A stretch of DNA of 63,520 nt, filler included, from Octopus bimaculoides (lineage: Eukaryota), in assembly GCF_001194135.2 (NCBI RefSeq). It is 5 parts of 5 records of this genome, joined end to end, with 100 filler letters (N's around TTAATTAATTAA, not from the genome) between each part and the next. Parts side by side here need not be neighbours in the genome. Positions count along the whole stretch, not along the records: positions 60,942 to 63,520 come from NW_026367609.1; 4 more parts are not named here. The stretch is one strand, 5' to 3'. A program made the translations under genes and the position numbers. Under the pieces are notes generated by a model. That model was given only the letters and a program-made list of their open reading frames with translations, was not told the DNA's origin and made no database searches. Of this stretch, positions 62,856-63,520 are shown piece by piece. Numbering within the stretch: position 1 is the stretch's first letter; every line of letters begins with the position of its first letter.

Positions 62856-63520
62856 GAAAGGACTTGTGTGTGTGTGTGTGTGTGTGTTTTGTTTTAATAG
62901 GAAGCTTTTAACAAGAACAAATTACTACCCGATGATTTTTGCCTACCTCCCAGAAAATGATTGAAAATTTCTTTGAAGGTAAAATAAATACCACCTTAAA
63001 ATGTTATATAATTAGTTAAACATAAATATCTGAAAAACAAAATAATACGAAACAAAATCATGAATGTCAAAGAAAGAAAAAACTTGATAAATGCATTTAT
63101 AGCCAAATAAAGCAAAGGTGAAGAATTAACGTAGAGAGATTGGTTTAGAACAGGTATGGGGAACTTCTTCGTGCATAAAGGCCACCCTACAATTCATCAT
63201 CCCCCGTAGAGACTGCATTGAACAAATAATTTGTCTTTTTTTAGTTATTTTATCGCCTAAGTAATTTATTAGTAATCTAATAAAAGAAAGACAGGTGTGT
63301 AGAAATTGAAAGCATGACTTTTCAAATATTTTATTTAAGCAAGTAAGTATTTTAATACAAATAATAAGTAAATGAATATTTTCGAAAGTAAGACATTTTC
63401 AAGTAATAAATAAATGAATAATAATCTTATAAAAAAGACAGCTTACGAACATCGAGAATATAACATTTTAAAATATTTAATTAAGGCAAGAAGGTACTTT
63501 TTATATCAATTAATGACTTC

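Noticed and set aside
63146-63190. CAGGTATGGGGAAC as a hAT-like terminal repeat
   Set aside because: No matching opposite terminus or TSD within the window.

Overview
Eukaryotic, AT-rich, repeat-dominated draft-genome window with many N gaps. The repeat families and microsatellite load suggest a cephalopod such as Octopus; this is inference, not proof. One host gene is supported: the five 3' coding exons of KRR1 (small-subunit processome KH protein) on the minus strand (29389->16594), in frame with GT-AG junctions. Its 5' exons were not found; they probably lie beyond the scaffold join at ~31.4 kb. The rest is mobile DNA: a non-autonomous LTR element with a 4-bp TSD (2814-5196), a decayed Gypsy element (8160-15037, minus) with a Helitron inserted between its pol end and the lower LTR copy, several Penelope-like elements (one with an inverted terminal repeat and a hammerhead-like motif), RTE LINEs and their tails, a mariner, an R4/Dong-like fragment, at least three tRNA-SINE families, and several Tx1/L1-like LINE pieces. 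The best candidate for something undescribed is this Tx1-like family: five of its six recognisable native ends abut (TCTA)n arrays (the sixth is truncated), and one copy keeps ORF1 plus the ORF2 tail but lacks EN/RT. Four identical 100-bp N44-TTAATTAATTAA-N44 spacers are assembly linkers, so adjacency across them is not trustworthy. No rRNA, tRNA gene, CRISPR or prokaryotic-type system was found. Most ORFs in the supplied track are gap-spanning or microsatellite artefacts.
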